DNA from: an uncultured Verrucomicrobiae bacterium
GTDB lineage: Bacteria > Chlamydiota > Chlamydiia > Chlamydiales > Rhabdochlamydiaceae
Assembly: GCA_963758735.1 (NCBI GenBank)
Contig: CAVWWT010000004.1
Coordinates: forward strand, 166,579-230,578
Length of the DNA: 64,000 nt
Reading direction: 5' to 3'
Position 1 is the stretch's first letter; every line of letters starts with the position of its first letter. The position numbers were made by a program, and so were the translations under genes. Under the pieces are notes generated by a model. The model had not been told where the DNA came from. It saw nothing but the letters and a program-made list of their open reading frames with translations, and did no database searches. This document shows positions 19,036 to 29,120 of this stretch, in pieces.

Positions 19036-19785
19036 TTAACCCTTAAGTCTTTTATTCAGCTCGGAGAGCTTTAGGTATTTATAGAAAGCAGTATGCCCAT
19101 TATAAAGGGAGATAATAAACCCTTCTTTACCTCCTAGAAAGCCTTTTTTTAACAGATAGCTTTTAATGAAGGCAAAGCTGCCGTGGCTAATGGCTTTTCC
19201 TAAAGAGGAGGACTTTTTACCCTTGTGCTGCTCGGCAAAAAGGGTGGAATAAGCTTGCATCTTGGATAAAAAATCTCCCATCGTGCGGTAGGGAGTGTGG
19301 ATCATCGGAGAGGCGAGGGGAGTGACTATTAAGTCCTTAACGTCGATTTTTTCATGGACGGCGTCGTTTGTAAATCGCGCGGTATTGCGGTTATAGAGGC
19401 GAACAACGGGATCGGGGTACCAGCCACCGCACCAACGTATCCATTTGCCGTTGTAATAGTTATGTCTTTCAATTTGATAGGCGTTTTTGGGATCGAGCTG
19501 TAAATTGAGGATCTCTTCTACAAGTTCTGGGGTTAAGACCTCGTCGCTATCGACAGAGAGGATCCAGTCGTGGGTAGCAAGGGAGGATGCTACGTTGTGC
19601 GTGGGTCCAAATCCAATAAATTGACCCGAAATGATTTTCACATTAGGAAATTTTTGGGCAAGCTCAAACGTGCGATCAGTAGAACCTGAATCATAGACGA
19701 TAACTTCAGAAAATTTTTGAAGAGACGCTAATGTCGCGGCTAAACTTTCCTGGCTGTTTTTAGTAAGAACTGTGACGCTTATCAT
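19036..19785 (-). CDS. Glycosyltransferase family 2 (LPS core beta-1,4-glucosyltransferase-like)
   Basis: VYDSGSTDRT, WILSVDSDE, GGWYPDPVVRLY, VHE. Confidence 0.92.
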   Translation of the reverse strand: MISVTVLTKNSQESLAATLASLQKFSEVIVYDSGSTDRTFELAQKFPNVKIISGQFIGFGPTHNVASSLATHDWILSVDSDEVLTPELVEEILNLQLDPKNAYQIERHNYYNGKWIRWCGGWYPDPVVRLYNRNTARFTNDAVHEKIDVKDLIVTPLASPMIHTPYRTMGDFLSKMQAYSTLFAEQHKGKKSSSLGKAISHGSFAFIKSYLLKKGFLGGKEGFIISLYNGHTAFYKYLKLSELNKRLKG

Positions 19786-19850
19786 AGACTTCAAGATAGC
19801 AAAAATGGGTTTAGGAGGGAAATAGCAAAATAAGGTATATTTGCCTTTTT

Positions 19851-19918
19851 AACTGGACTTTGGCCATTGGAGGCCAATAGACGTGAAAGCAGTGCCCTCC
19901 AATGGCCAAAGTCCAGTT
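19851..19918. repeat. 23-bp perfect inverted repeat between divergent genes, abutting the RBS of the IMPDH/GMPR gene
   Basis: AACTGGACTTTGGCCATTGGAGG / CCTCCAATGGCCAAAGTCCAGTT with a 22-nt loop containing CGTGAAAGC. Confidence 0.85.
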
Positions 19919-19932
19919 TAAGGGAGATTTAA

Positions 19933-20961
19933 ATGTCGATTAGAAAAGCTTATACTTTTGATGATGTGGCGCTAGTGCCGCAGTTCAATAATGTTCCTTC
20001 GCGTACCGAGCCGTGCTTAGAGACTTGGCTGACAAAAAATCGAAAGATGCAGATCCCGGTTATTTGTTCCAACATGGATACGGCAATTAGCGAAGAGCTT
20101 GCTGAGATCCTTTTGCAAGAGGGATCAATTCCCATTTTCCATCGCTTTACGAATATGGAAGTTCAGGAGCGTTGGGTGAAGAAATACAAAGATAGAACGT
20201 TCATTTCTTGCGGCATTCTAAAGATTGATGAAACGCGCAAATTGCTCGATTTGGGAGCGTTAGGAACATGCATCGACGTTGCGCATGGTCATTCCGATAA
20301 GATGTTTCGTTACATTCAAGAATTGAAGCGCACGCATCCCGATAAAGAGGTGATCGCCGGTAATGTATGCACAGCGATGGCCTATCACGATCTTGTCAAT
20401 GCAGGCGCTGATGCTGTTAAAGTGGGCGTCGGACCTGGCGCTGCCTGCACAACGCGTATGGTCACAGGCTTTGGGGTGCCGCAGCTTACAGCCATTTACG
20501 ATTGCGCAAAAGTTGCTGAAAAACTAAGGGTCCCACTGATTGCAGATGGCGGAATCCGCAATAGCAGAGATGTCGTTTTAGCCTTGGCGGCAGGAGCTAG
20601 CACCGTGATGGTAGGCAGCCTTTTCGCAATGACTAAAGAGAGTGCAGCTGTCAAGCGCAAATCGGAAACCTCTCCATCAGGACTAGAAGCCAAATTCCGC
20701 GGCCAGGCAAGTGAAGACTTTCAAAACGATTTCTACGGCGGATTAAAAGATAAAACAGTGGCTGAGGGGATTGATTTCTGGGGACCGGTAACCGGGAGCG
20801 CGAAAGAGCTTTTAGACAAACTCCTCGGGGGACTGCGCAGCGGTTTGACTTATGGAGGCGCACGCAGCATCAAGGAACTGCAGAGAAAAGCGGAATTTGT
20901 CGAAGTGACAGCAAGCTATATGCATGAAAGCCGTCCGAGACCTGAAGGGAGCAAAGAATAA
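19933..20961 (+). CDS. IMP dehydrogenase/GMP reductase family protein without CBS domains
   Basis: [56 protein letters not shown]. guaB versus guaC cannot be resolved by eye. Confidence 0.92.
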   Translation: MSIRKAYTFDDVALVPQFNNVPSRTEPCLETWLTKNRKMQIPVICSNMDTAISEELAEILLQEGSIPIFHRFTNMEVQERWVKKYKDRTFISCGILKIDETRKLLDLGALGTCIDVAHGHSDKMFRYIQELKRTHPDKEVIAGNVCTAMAYHDLVNAGADAVKVGVGPGAACTTRMVTGFGVPQLTAIYDCAKVAEKLRVPLIADGGIRNSRDVVLALAAGASTVMVGSLFAMTKESAAVKRKSETSPSGLEAKFRGQASEDFQNDFYGGLKDKTVAEGIDFWGPVTGSAKELLDKLLGGLRSGLTYGGARSIKELQRKAEFVEVTASYMHESRPRPEGSKE

Positions 20962-20962
20962 T

Positions 20963-22222
20963 ATGGACTCTAGCTTGCAGGATTACATCTCTCATCTTTC
21001 ATCAGAGCTCAGTTTTGCTCGATCGCAGAAGATTTACGATGCTGTTCATGGGTTCATCCGCTTTAATGAATTAGAGCGGATGCTTATCGATTCTGAGCCT
21101 TTCCAACGCCTGCACCAAATCCATCAACTCGGAATTGCCTTTATCGTGTATCCCGGGGCAACGCATACCCGTTTTGAGCATTCGCTCGGATGCATGGAAC
21201 TTGCGACGCGGATTTTTGAAAGGATCACATCGAAAAAGTTCTCCCTTCCAGATAGCAATTATTGGCTCCAGATCATTCGCCTAAGTGCACTTTGTCATGA
21301 TTTGGGACATTTGCCTTTCTCCCACGATGCGGAAAAAGAGCTGCTCAGCGGAGCCGGTCATGAAGAGTGGACTAAAAAAGCGATTCAAAGCGAGCAGTTC
21401 CTTCCAATTTGGGCTAAGATTGAACAGCATTATCACAAAGACGATGTGGTGAGTGACGTTCTCAAGATGGCAATCGGCGAGAAGAAGTTGAAAGAGATGG
21501 GTGTTTCTCTCACATTTTCACCTGTTGAGAGCGTCTTGTCGCAGGTCGTCACCGGTGACTTTTTTGGCGCCGACAGGATCGACTATCTTCTTCGCGATGC
21601 TCAATGCACAGGAGTGTCATACGGCCTATTTGATTACCATCAGTTGATTGAAATGCTCTGTGTCGTTGATTTTGAGGGCAAGCTGCAGCTTGGCATTGAA
21701 GAAAATGGGATCGAATCCTGTGAAGCTCTTCTTTTGGCGCGCCATTTTATGCATAAAAGAGTTTATCAGTACTCTTCCGTTAAAGCTTATAAGTATCATT
21801 TGGCCCGTTTCATGCAGAACTTTTATGAAGCTGGCGATTACTTAAACAGCTTAGAGGGATACCTTTCTTTAAGCGATAGCGAGATCCTCTCGGCTCTTAG
21901 AAAAGCTGCCAAAGACAAATCAGCTCCCGGACATGCGGATGCGGACGCACTCATGAGAAGAGAAAAGAGGTTCAAAGCCGTCTATATGAAAGAAGGGGAG
22001 TGGGAAGAACTAACAGCTAAACACGGCATTCCAACAGGTGCATTTCATTTGGAGCCGGCCCATTCTAAAACAGAGCATGTGGGCTTAAAGTTCCCCGTTC
22101 AGACGCGTTCCGGTCTAGTGGCCCCTGCCTCTGAGTGCTCCAAAATCACCATGCCTGTTAGTTTGGGTAGATGGGCTTATCTCGCGCCGGAATATGAAAA
22201 AGCTTGGACTCGGGGCAGTTAA
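20963..22222 (+). CDS. HD-domain phosphohydrolase (SAMHD1/dGTPase-like)
   Basis: FQRLHQIHQLG..VYPGATHTRFEHSLG, ALCHDLGHLPFSH, DRIDYLLRD. Confidence 0.92.
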   Translation: MDSSLQDYISHLSSELSFARSQKIYDAVHGFIRFNELERMLIDSEPFQRLHQIHQLGIAFIVYPGATHTRFEHSLGCMELATRIFERITSKKFSLPDSNYWLQIIRLSALCHDLGHLPFSHDAEKELLSGAGHEEWTKKAIQSEQFLPIWAKIEQHYHKDDVVSDVLKMAIGEKKLKEMGVSLTFSPVESVLSQVVTGDFFGADRIDYLLRDAQCTGVSYGLFDYHQLIEMLCVVDFEGKLQLGIEENGIESCEALLLARHFMHKRVYQYSSVKAYKYHLARFMQNFYEAGDYLNSLEGYLSLSDSEILSALRKAAKDKSAPGHADADALMRREKRFKAVYMKEGEWEELTAKHGIPTGAFHLEPAHSKTEHVGLKFPVQTRSGLVAPASECSKITMPVSLGRWAYLAPEYEKAWTRGS

Positions 22223-23502
22223 TGGGAGTCATTAGGAATGAACTAGCTTCGTTCTCGACAAAGGAGCGATTGTTTATCCTTTTTGCAATGCTTTGCGGGT
22301 TTTTTATTTCTTCAGAGTATGCGATTGTTCGTCCTGTGAGCAATTCCATCTTCCTCACTGCCTATGGATCGGGTGCATTTCCCTACGCCTGGCTTGGAAT
22401 CGTTCCGCTCAATCTTCTTGTTGTCGCCCTTTATAATAAATACCTTCCAAGGCTTGGCTGCTTTAAAATGTTAGTGGCCATCGCAGTCCTTGTGATCGCA
22501 GTAAATCTTTTTTGTTCCTTCTTTTTAAATCAGGTCTCCTGGCTGCCCTTTGTCTTCTTTCTTTGGAAAGAAGTTTACATCATGCTCATGTTCCAGCAGC
22601 TATGGTCTGTCATTCACTCGACAATTTCGTTTTCCAGGGCAAAATATCTCTATGGGTTTTTCTTCGGAATAGGGGCTTTGGGCTCTTCTGTAGGAAGTAT
22701 TCTTCCCGGGTATTTCGCCATAAAAATGGGATCGGAATCGTTACTCGGGTTTACTCTCCCCATTTATTTTCTTCTTGCTGGCTCCTATTATCTAGCCTTG
22801 AGGCAAACCAAAGAGGGAATTGGGATGAGGCTCGATGATGACAAGCAGCGGACATCTCTCAACGCGTTCACTCATGGTCTCAAGATGATTGGGGCGTCTC
22901 GCTACCTCACCTTCATTTTACTCATTGTTGTTTTGATGCAGCTTTCCTCAACATTGATTGAGTTCCAATTCAATACGATCCTTGAAAAAACGATTTTGGA
23001 AAAGGATGCGAGAACGGAATTTACGGGGAGGCTCTTTGGGGTTGTCCACGGAGTGACGATTGCGCTCCAGCTTTTTGGCAGCTTTATCCTCATCCACTAT
23101 CTCGGGGTCAAGCGCAGCCACATCCTGATCCCTTTTGTGCTCTGTCTGAACAGCATCGCCTACTTGTTCTTCCCACTTTTTGGGGTGATGTCGTTTGCCT
23201 ATGTCTCGATTAAAAGCTGTGATTTTTCTCTATTTGGCATCATCAAAGAAGTCCTCTACATCCCTCTTAAGCCGGATGAGAAGTTTAGGGCTAAATCCAT
23301 CATCGACGTCTTTGCTTACCGCTCTTCCAAAGCTGTCGGCTCTCTTTTAATCCTTGGGCTGCAAGTCGCCCTTGGCAGCGCTTCTCTTCCTATTGTTAAC
23401 TGGGCGAGCATCGCGCTTTTTGCCTTGTGGATTACGATCGTGTTTGCCCTTTTCAAAGATCCCATGTCTGAGAAGGTTCCCGCAACCAGTGCTCCTCTCT
23501 AA
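22222..23502 (+). CDS. NTT/TLC (Npt1/Npt2-like) nucleotide transporter
   Basis: Multi-TM protein with EYAIVRP, LWSVI, KEVLYIPL..DEKFRAKSIIDVF.YRSSKA. TAATG overlap with the HD gene. Confidence 0.88.
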   Translation: MGVIRNELASFSTKERLFILFAMLCGFFISSEYAIVRPVSNSIFLTAYGSGAFPYAWLGIVPLNLLVVALYNKYLPRLGCFKMLVAIAVLVIAVNLFCSFFLNQVSWLPFVFFLWKEVYIMLMFQQLWSVIHSTISFSRAKYLYGFFFGIGALGSSVGSILPGYFAIKMGSESLLGFTLPIYFLLAGSYYLALRQTKEGIGMRLDDDKQRTSLNAFTHGLKMIGASRYLTFILLIVVLMQLSSTLIEFQFNTILEKTILEKDARTEFTGRLFGVVHGVTIALQLFGSFILIHYLGVKRSHILIPFVLCLNSIAYLFFPLFGVMSFAYVSIKSCDFSLFGIIKEVLYIPLKPDEKFRAKSIIDVFAYRSSKAVGSLLILGLQVALGSASLPIVNWASIALFALWITIVFALFKDPMSEKVPATSAPL

Positions 23503-23579
23503 CATCTACTCATAAGTTGACAAAGAGTTAAGCAAATAAGTATATCTCGCTTATCTTGTCTCTGAATTGAGTAGTCTTT

Positions 23580-24281
23580 ATGAGAAAAGTCCTACTTTCT
23601 CTGATTGCCCTCTTTTTTTGCGTTTCTCTTTTTGCAGTTCCGAAGGCCATTGTATTTGACTTTGGCAGCGTCATGACGAGCCCTTCTCTAAAAAAACGAG
23701 AAGCTGCTGCCCATTTTATTCAAGAGACCTTCCACTTCACTCCGGAAGAATATGAAAACGTGAACAGGGAAATGCAACTCTGTATAGTACAGGGATCAAC
23801 GCATGAGGATTTTTGGGTCTCCTATGCAAAAAGTAAAGGAATAGAACTGCCCGCTGATTGGACGAAATCCCTACATTCGGTGATGTGGGACTTTCTTGGG
23901 GTCAACCTGCAGATGTATGCGCTTGTCCATCGTTTGAAGGAGCAAAAAATCCGCGTTGGAATGCTTTCCAATACAACGGACTATCGCTCCAAATTGATTC
24001 GCAGCTTTGGCCTTTATGAACCTTTTGAGCCTTGCCTTCTCTCTTGCGAAATGGGGATTAGGAAACCAGACCTTGAAGCCTATAGGCTGCTGCTTGAAAA
24101 GCTTGAGCTCCCGGCAAACGAGGTCGTGTTTGTGGATGACAAGATTGCAAACATCGAAGCTGCAAATCAATTGGGAATTGATGGCATTTTTTTTGATTCC
24201 GAAGAGCAATTTAAATTAGAGCTCATTAAAAGAGGTTTCTTGGGTATAGAAGGAGGCCTTGCAATTTCACATCTACTGTGA
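23580..24281 (+). CDS. HAD-family phosphatase with N-terminal signal peptide
   Basis: VFDFGSV, MLSNT, RKPDLEAY, VFVDDKIANIEAA. Confidence 0.88.
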   Translation: MRKVLLSLIALFFCVSLFAVPKAIVFDFGSVMTSPSLKKREAAAHFIQETFHFTPEEYENVNREMQLCIVQGSTHEDFWVSYAKSKGIELPADWTKSLHSVMWDFLGVNLQMYALVHRLKEQKIRVGMLSNTTDYRSKLIRSFGLYEPFEPCLLSCEMGIRKPDLEAYRLLLEKLELPANEVVFVDDKIANIEAANQLGIDGIFFDSEEQFKLELIKRGFLGIEGGLAISHLL

Positions 24282-24311
24282 TATATCGAAGCATAGCCAA
24301 AAAAGGAAAGC

Positions 24312-25985
24312 ATGGACCGCATTGACCTCGACTTGAAACCTTCAGAAATCCTCAATAACCCACTCTACAATAAAGGCACAGCTTTCACCCAAGAGGAGAG
24401 GGATTCACTCGGGCTAAATGGCTTGCTTCCTTTTCACGTATCGACTTTGCAGCAGCAGGTGGAGAGGCGCTATGAAAACTTTAAAGAAAGAAAAGACGAC
24501 CTCGCCAGATATATTTTTCTATCCTCTCTTCAGAACCGCAATGAGATACTCTTTTACCGCCTAGTATTTGAGCACATCGCAGAAATGCTTCCGTTGATCT
24601 ACACCCCAACAGTTGGGGATGTTTCGATGCATTTCAGCATCTTGTATCGTCAGCATCGAGGAATCTACCTCTCTTATCCATTACAGGATAAAATCGACAC
24701 AATCATTAAAAATCTTCCCAATGAAAACATCGAGGTCATCGTTGTGACAGACGGGGAGAGGATACTTGGCCTTGGCGATGTTGGTGTTGGAGGAATGGCC
24801 ATTCCACAGGGAAAACTTGCGCTTTATACCCTTTTTGGGGGGATCCATCCGGGAAAAGTACTTCCTGTTATGCTGGATGTCGGCACAAATAATCAAAAGC
24901 TTTTGGACGATCCTCTTTATATCGGGTGGAGACAGCCCAGGATCACCGGCGCTAAATACGATGAATTTATCGATGTTTTTGTAAAAAGTGTAAAAAAACG
25001 GTTCCCCAAAGTACTCCTGCAGTGGGAAGATTTTGCAAAACCCCATGCCCGGCCGCTGCTTGAAAGATATCAGGATGAGATCTGTTCCTTTAATGACGAT
25101 ATTCAGGGGACAGCAGCTGTTGCGCTCGCTGCAATTATCGGCGCCATCAAACAATCCCATGGAAAACTCTCCGATCAGAAAATTGTGATGTTCGGAGGAG
25201 GGTCGGCAGGGCTTGGTATTGCCGGCTTAATATTACAGGCCATGAAGCTCGAAGGGTGTTCTGAAAACCAAGCCCTGCAAAACTTTTACATCATCGACAT
25301 TCACGGACTTGTCCATTCTGGACAATCCCAAGTCGATGAAGAGCAGAAGAAATTTGCGAGAGTGCATTCTGAAGTAGAGAAGTGGCAATTGCCGGGCGCT
25401 GATAAAATTACCCTTTTTGACGTCGTCAAACATGCAAAACCTACAATCCTCATCGGGGTATCTGCGCAGCCCAACGTTTTTATGGAAGAAGTGGTAAAAA
25501 TGATGGCAGCTCACGTTAAGCGCCCCATTATTTTCCCACTCTCTAATCCTACTTCCCGATGCGAAGCAACACCAGAAAATCTAATTCGCTGGACGGAGGG
25601 GAGAGCGATCATTGCCACGGGCACCCGTTTTGCTCCCGTTAGCCATCTCGGAAAAACCTATCCCATTCCTCAGTGCAACAACGTTTACATCTTCCCGGGC
25701 GTGGGACTGGGAGTTGTGGCTTGCGGATCGCCGAAGGTCACTGAAAAGATGTTCATCAAGGCAGCGGATGTTTTGAGCGATCATGCCCCCATCCTGAATG
25801 ATCCTCAAGGAAGCATTTTCCCCGACCTGGAATCCCTTCGTAAAATTAGCCGAGAAATTGCCATTGCTGTCTGCAAAGTTGCTGCCGATGAGGGGCTAGT
25901 CTCCAAAGCTTCCAAAGAAGAGACCGAGCGCCTGGTCGATAGGCATATGTGGCTTCCCGATTATCCTATCTATCGAAGAAAATAG
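24312..25985 (+). CDS. maeA: NAD-dependent malic enzyme
   Basis: NKGTAFT, YTPTVG, VTDGERILGLGD, QWEDF, FNDDIQGTAAV, PLSNPT, QCNNVYIFPGVGLG. Confidence 0.95.
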   Translation: MDRIDLDLKPSEILNNPLYNKGTAFTQEERDSLGLNGLLPFHVSTLQQQVERRYENFKERKDDLARYIFLSSLQNRNEILFYRLVFEHIAEMLPLIYTPTVGDVSMHFSILYRQHRGIYLSYPLQDKIDTIIKNLPNENIEVIVVTDGERILGLGDVGVGGMAIPQGKLALYTLFGGIHPGKVLPVMLDVGTNNQKLLDDPLYIGWRQPRITGAKYDEFIDVFVKSVKKRFPKVLLQWEDFAKPHARPLLERYQDEICSFNDDIQGTAAVALAAIIGAIKQSHGKLSDQKIVMFGGGSAGLGIAGLILQAMKLEGCSENQALQNFYIIDIHGLVHSGQSQVDEEQKKFARVHSEVEKWQLPGADKITLFDVVKHAKPTILIGVSAQPNVFMEEVVKMMAAHVKRPIIFPLSNPTSRCEATPENLIRWTEGRAIIATGTRFAPVSHLGKTYPIPQCNNVYIFPGVGLGVVACGSPKVTEKMFIKAADVLSDHAPILNDPQGSIFPDLESLRKISREIAIAVCKVAADEGLVSKASKEETERLVDRHMWLPDYPIYRRK

Positions 25986-26140
25986 TCCTAAGTCGTTTAT
26001 TATCAATCTATTAGTTATTTCCTTGTTATTGTTTCCCAGATAAACAGTAAAGTTTATAATTTAACTTAGAATTCAATTGAATTATATTAGTATAAACAAT
26101 ATAATAATTAACATGGTAAATAAAAATACAGGAGATAAAT

Positions 26141-27679
26141 ATGTCAATTAATAACAACTCAATCACAGATAATAAAAACTTCAATAGGATGATCAATTTG
26201 GCTCTTGGGGGCTACGAAGAATCTGCCATTCGAGTGTTAAATCTATGCGATCTAAGTGAAGAACAGAAGGCGGTTATCGAACGGATTATAAAAAAACAAA
26301 ACATAAAAGATTACACACCTTCTGAGATAAAGCAAAAAATCATTAAAAAGTTGGACTCATTGTCGGTTTCTGAATCTAAGGACCTGATGCTTTCCAAAAA
26401 AAGTACTTCTTCCTGTTCTGAGACCACGCTAATTAGCGGCAATGAACATAGCGCCATGATTTTCTCCTCTTTCCCTAAAGAGCTGGTTTTCACAATCTTG
26501 GCGAATCTTCCTGTAAAGAATGCACAGATGCTCGGCCTGACCTGCAGGACAATGTATACAGCCGCACGCGATAACTATCTTTGGAGGTTTTTATGCCAGA
26601 GAGATTTTCAGATTATCCCTTGCAAAGATGATTCTTCCTTAGAACTCTATCGCAGGTATTCTTTCAACCTTCCAAATGGAGTGTATGCTTCGAAAACTTT
26701 CAAGGGGCACACGAACGATGTGGCTTCTTTCCTTATTCATGATGGCATGCTCTATTCCGTCTCCTTTGACAATACAATCAAAATCTGGAGTTTGGATGGT
26801 GTTTGCACAAAGACATGTGAAGTAGGAGATTCTACGGCTTGTTCCATTGCCATTGATAATGGGATGCTGTATTTAGGTTGTGACGAGGGTGAGATACAGA
26901 TTTGGAATTTAGAAACCATGAAATGTGAAAAGACTGTTGAAGGTCATAAAGATCGGGTTACTTGTTTAATCATTAGTGATGGCAAACTCTATTCATCTTC
27001 AACTGATCAAAAGTCCCCAATGAAGATTTGGGATTTAAAAACAATGGAGTGCTCGCATACCCTTACAGGATCTTTAGGCGGAATTCGCGCTTTTGTTCTT
27101 AGCGGCAGTAAAATCATAACTAACTCTGCAAGTCAGCGTATCCAAGTTTGGGATTTGAGTATCGGAGAAAATCGTTCGGGCTCTTTTATAGGGCATACTC
27201 AGCGTGTTCTCTCTTTTCTGATTTATGAAAATCAACTTATTTCAGCTTCACGGGATGGAATGATCAAGATCTGGGATTTAGATTCTTTGCAATGTTTAGA
27301 TTTTCTCGCAGGTCATTGTGGTAGAGTTAAGTCTCTGGTCTTATCCGGAAAATACCTTATTTCAGGATCGATGGATTCCACAATCAAAATCTGGGATTTA
27401 AAGACGAAGCAATGCTTGGTCACGCTGGAAGGGCATGAGGACCTCATCATCAAAGACCTCAAATTGAATAATGGCAAAGTTTATGCATCTATTGGCAATG
27501 ACATCAAGTGTTTCGATTTCACAGCAAAGGATGAAATCATCATAGAGGAAATTGAGTCTGAGATTGAAATCGCAGACAATCTAATCACCGACCTTGACAA
27601 AGAAAATATTCATCATCCAAAGAAAATTGCCGAGCAGCGTTTAAGCAGGATGCGAAAATCTTCGAATGACATCACTTAA
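26141..27679 (+). CDS. F-box plus WD40-repeat eukaryote-like effector
   Basis: F-box FPKELVFTILANL..LGLTCR..ARDNYLW, followed by ~7 GH...W[D/S/N] repeats. Confidence 0.92.
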   Translation: MSINNNSITDNKNFNRMINLALGGYEESAIRVLNLCDLSEEQKAVIERIIKKQNIKDYTPSEIKQKIIKKLDSLSVSESKDLMLSKKSTSSCSETTLISGNEHSAMIFSSFPKELVFTILANLPVKNAQMLGLTCRTMYTAARDNYLWRFLCQRDFQIIPCKDDSSLELYRRYSFNLPNGVYASKTFKGHTNDVASFLIHDGMLYSVSFDNTIKIWSLDGVCTKTCEVGDSTACSIAIDNGMLYLGCDEGEIQIWNLETMKCEKTVEGHKDRVTCLIISDGKLYSSSTDQKSPMKIWDLKTMECSHTLTGSLGGIRAFVLSGSKIITNSASQRIQVWDLSIGENRSGSFIGHTQRVLSFLIYENQLISASRDGMIKIWDLDSLQCLDFLAGHCGRVKSLVLSGKYLISGSMDSTIKIWDLKTKQCLVTLEGHEDLIIKDLKLNNGKVYASIGNDIKCFDFTAKDEIIIEEIESEIEIADNLITDLDKENIHHPKKIAEQRLSRMRKSSNDIT

Positions 27680-27789
27680 GCTAAAAGAACTCTCAAAGCT
27701 TTTTCATATTCGGGTTCCTGGGTAATCCCGGGAACCTGTTCTGTATAAACTACCACAACAACAGTTCTTGCACATATGCCTGCTAGAGG
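27676..27789 (-). pseudogene. Diverged 3'-terminal fragment of tpx
   Basis: Translates [37 protein letters not shown] versus Tpx [45 protein letters not shown]. Confidence 0.9.
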
Positions 27790-27882
27790 ATTGATCTGCG
27801 GCCTGCGCGGAAGCTCCCAAGGTCGATGACCGTAAATGAGTCTATATTATTGATATTGAACTGTTTAGGATCGATCAAAGCC

Positions 27883-28051
27883 TAGTACTCAGTCAATAAA
27901 TTTTTTGGCATTTGGGCTAACGTGAAGGCTCCCGCGGCTGAGATTCCCGCAAGTGGGCCCTATGTTCTCAAATATGGACCCACTTGCGGGAACTCAACCC
28001 CGGGGCTTGTGTTGTAGCCCAAATGCCAAAAACTTTATCAACTAGGTACTA
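27883..28051. mobile_element. Modular palindromic MITE-like element, copy 1 (arm type A)
   Basis: 36-nt arms 27883-27918 and 28016-28051 around a 97-nt core, TA at both ends. Confidence 0.85.
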
Positions 28052-28196
28052 GGGCTTTGATACGGTCGAAAGCCGATTCTTGAATTTTTCTTTATTTATT
28101 AAAATAATTCAATATATTTATTTTTTTGTTGAATTATAATACACAAAAAGTTAAAATATTATTATAAAACCGATTAATTCAACATAGGAGATAACA

Positions 28197-29120
28197 ATGT
28201 CAATAAATTTTAATATATCAAATGGTATTACAAAAGAAGCCAATCAAGGAATTGCGGTCCTTCCCAAGGATGTAATAACGAATATCATTTCTTTCTGCGA
28301 TCCTCAAACTGAAATGGTTGCCGCATCTCTAGTCTGTCATAAGTGGAATGCAATCAGCATTCCTGAGGCCTGTATCTATCAGTTGCAACGCAAAGAATAT
28401 CTTCATGTGGAAGAAGTTTTCCTATATCAGAATAGGCTCGGGGACAAATTTGATGATTGGGATTGTGTTTTTAAGCATTGCAGGGGCTTGAAGGAATTAG
28501 AATGTTCTTCTGTTTTTCGTTACCGAGTTTCTGGTGCCGAACAAGTAGAAATTATATCTATCATTCAATCTGTCAGTAAACATTGTCTCGATCTCACAAG
28601 GATCAACTTCGCCCATTGTTTTGCGGTTGGAGATGAAACACTGGCTGCTCTAGCACAATATCTTCCAACTCTAACTCATGTCAACTTAGGAGCCTGTAGG
28701 TATTCGGAAGATGGAATCGAAATGTTAGTAAAAGGGTGTCCGAATCTGATTTCAATCAATATGTTCGAAAATGGCATCGGTGATGAGGCAATTATGCACA
28801 TCGCGAACCATTGCCCCATGCTTGAGAAATTAAATCTTTTTAGTACTCATGGATATGCAGATGGGAAACCTATTACCGATGCATCTATCCTATTGTTGTC
28901 GAGTAAGTGCACAGCGCTTGCTCAATTAATCCTATCGGATGCTCAAATCACGAATAACAGTTTGCAATCCCTGGCAAAGCATTGCAAAAACTTGAGCTAC
29001 TTCTTCTATTTTAATTGCCCTTTACTTAAAAAAAGGGGACTCAATGCTCTTAAGTGGCAACTGTCTAAATTGACGATTTCAAATAATATAACTGACTCTA
29101 AAATGATCAGGTTTGTCTAA
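28197..29120 (+). CDS. F-box plus leucine-rich repeat (FBXL/AMN1-like) effector
   Basis: LPKDVITNIISF..SLVCHKW. Cys-containing LRRs such as CPNLISINM..IGDEAIMHIANHCPMLEKLNL. Confidence 0.9.
   Translation: MSINFNISNGITKEANQGIAVLPKDVITNIISFCDPQTEMVAASLVCHKWNAISIPEACIYQLQRKEYLHVEEVFLYQNRLGDKFDDWDCVFKHCRGLKELECSSVFRYRVSGAEQVEIISIIQSVSKHCLDLTRINFAHCFAVGDETLAALAQYLPTLTHVNLGACRYSEDGIEMLVKGCPNLISINMFENGIGDEAIMHIANHCPMLEKLNLFSTHGYADGKPITDASILLLSSKCTALAQLILSDAQITNNSLQSLAKHCKNLSYFFYFNCPLLKKRGLNALKWQLSKLTISNNITDSKMIRFV

Noticed and set aside
26040-26140. Shared TTCAATTGA motif upstream of effector genes (also near 45979)
   Set aside because: Two matches in very AT-rich DNA cannot be told from chance without motif statistics.
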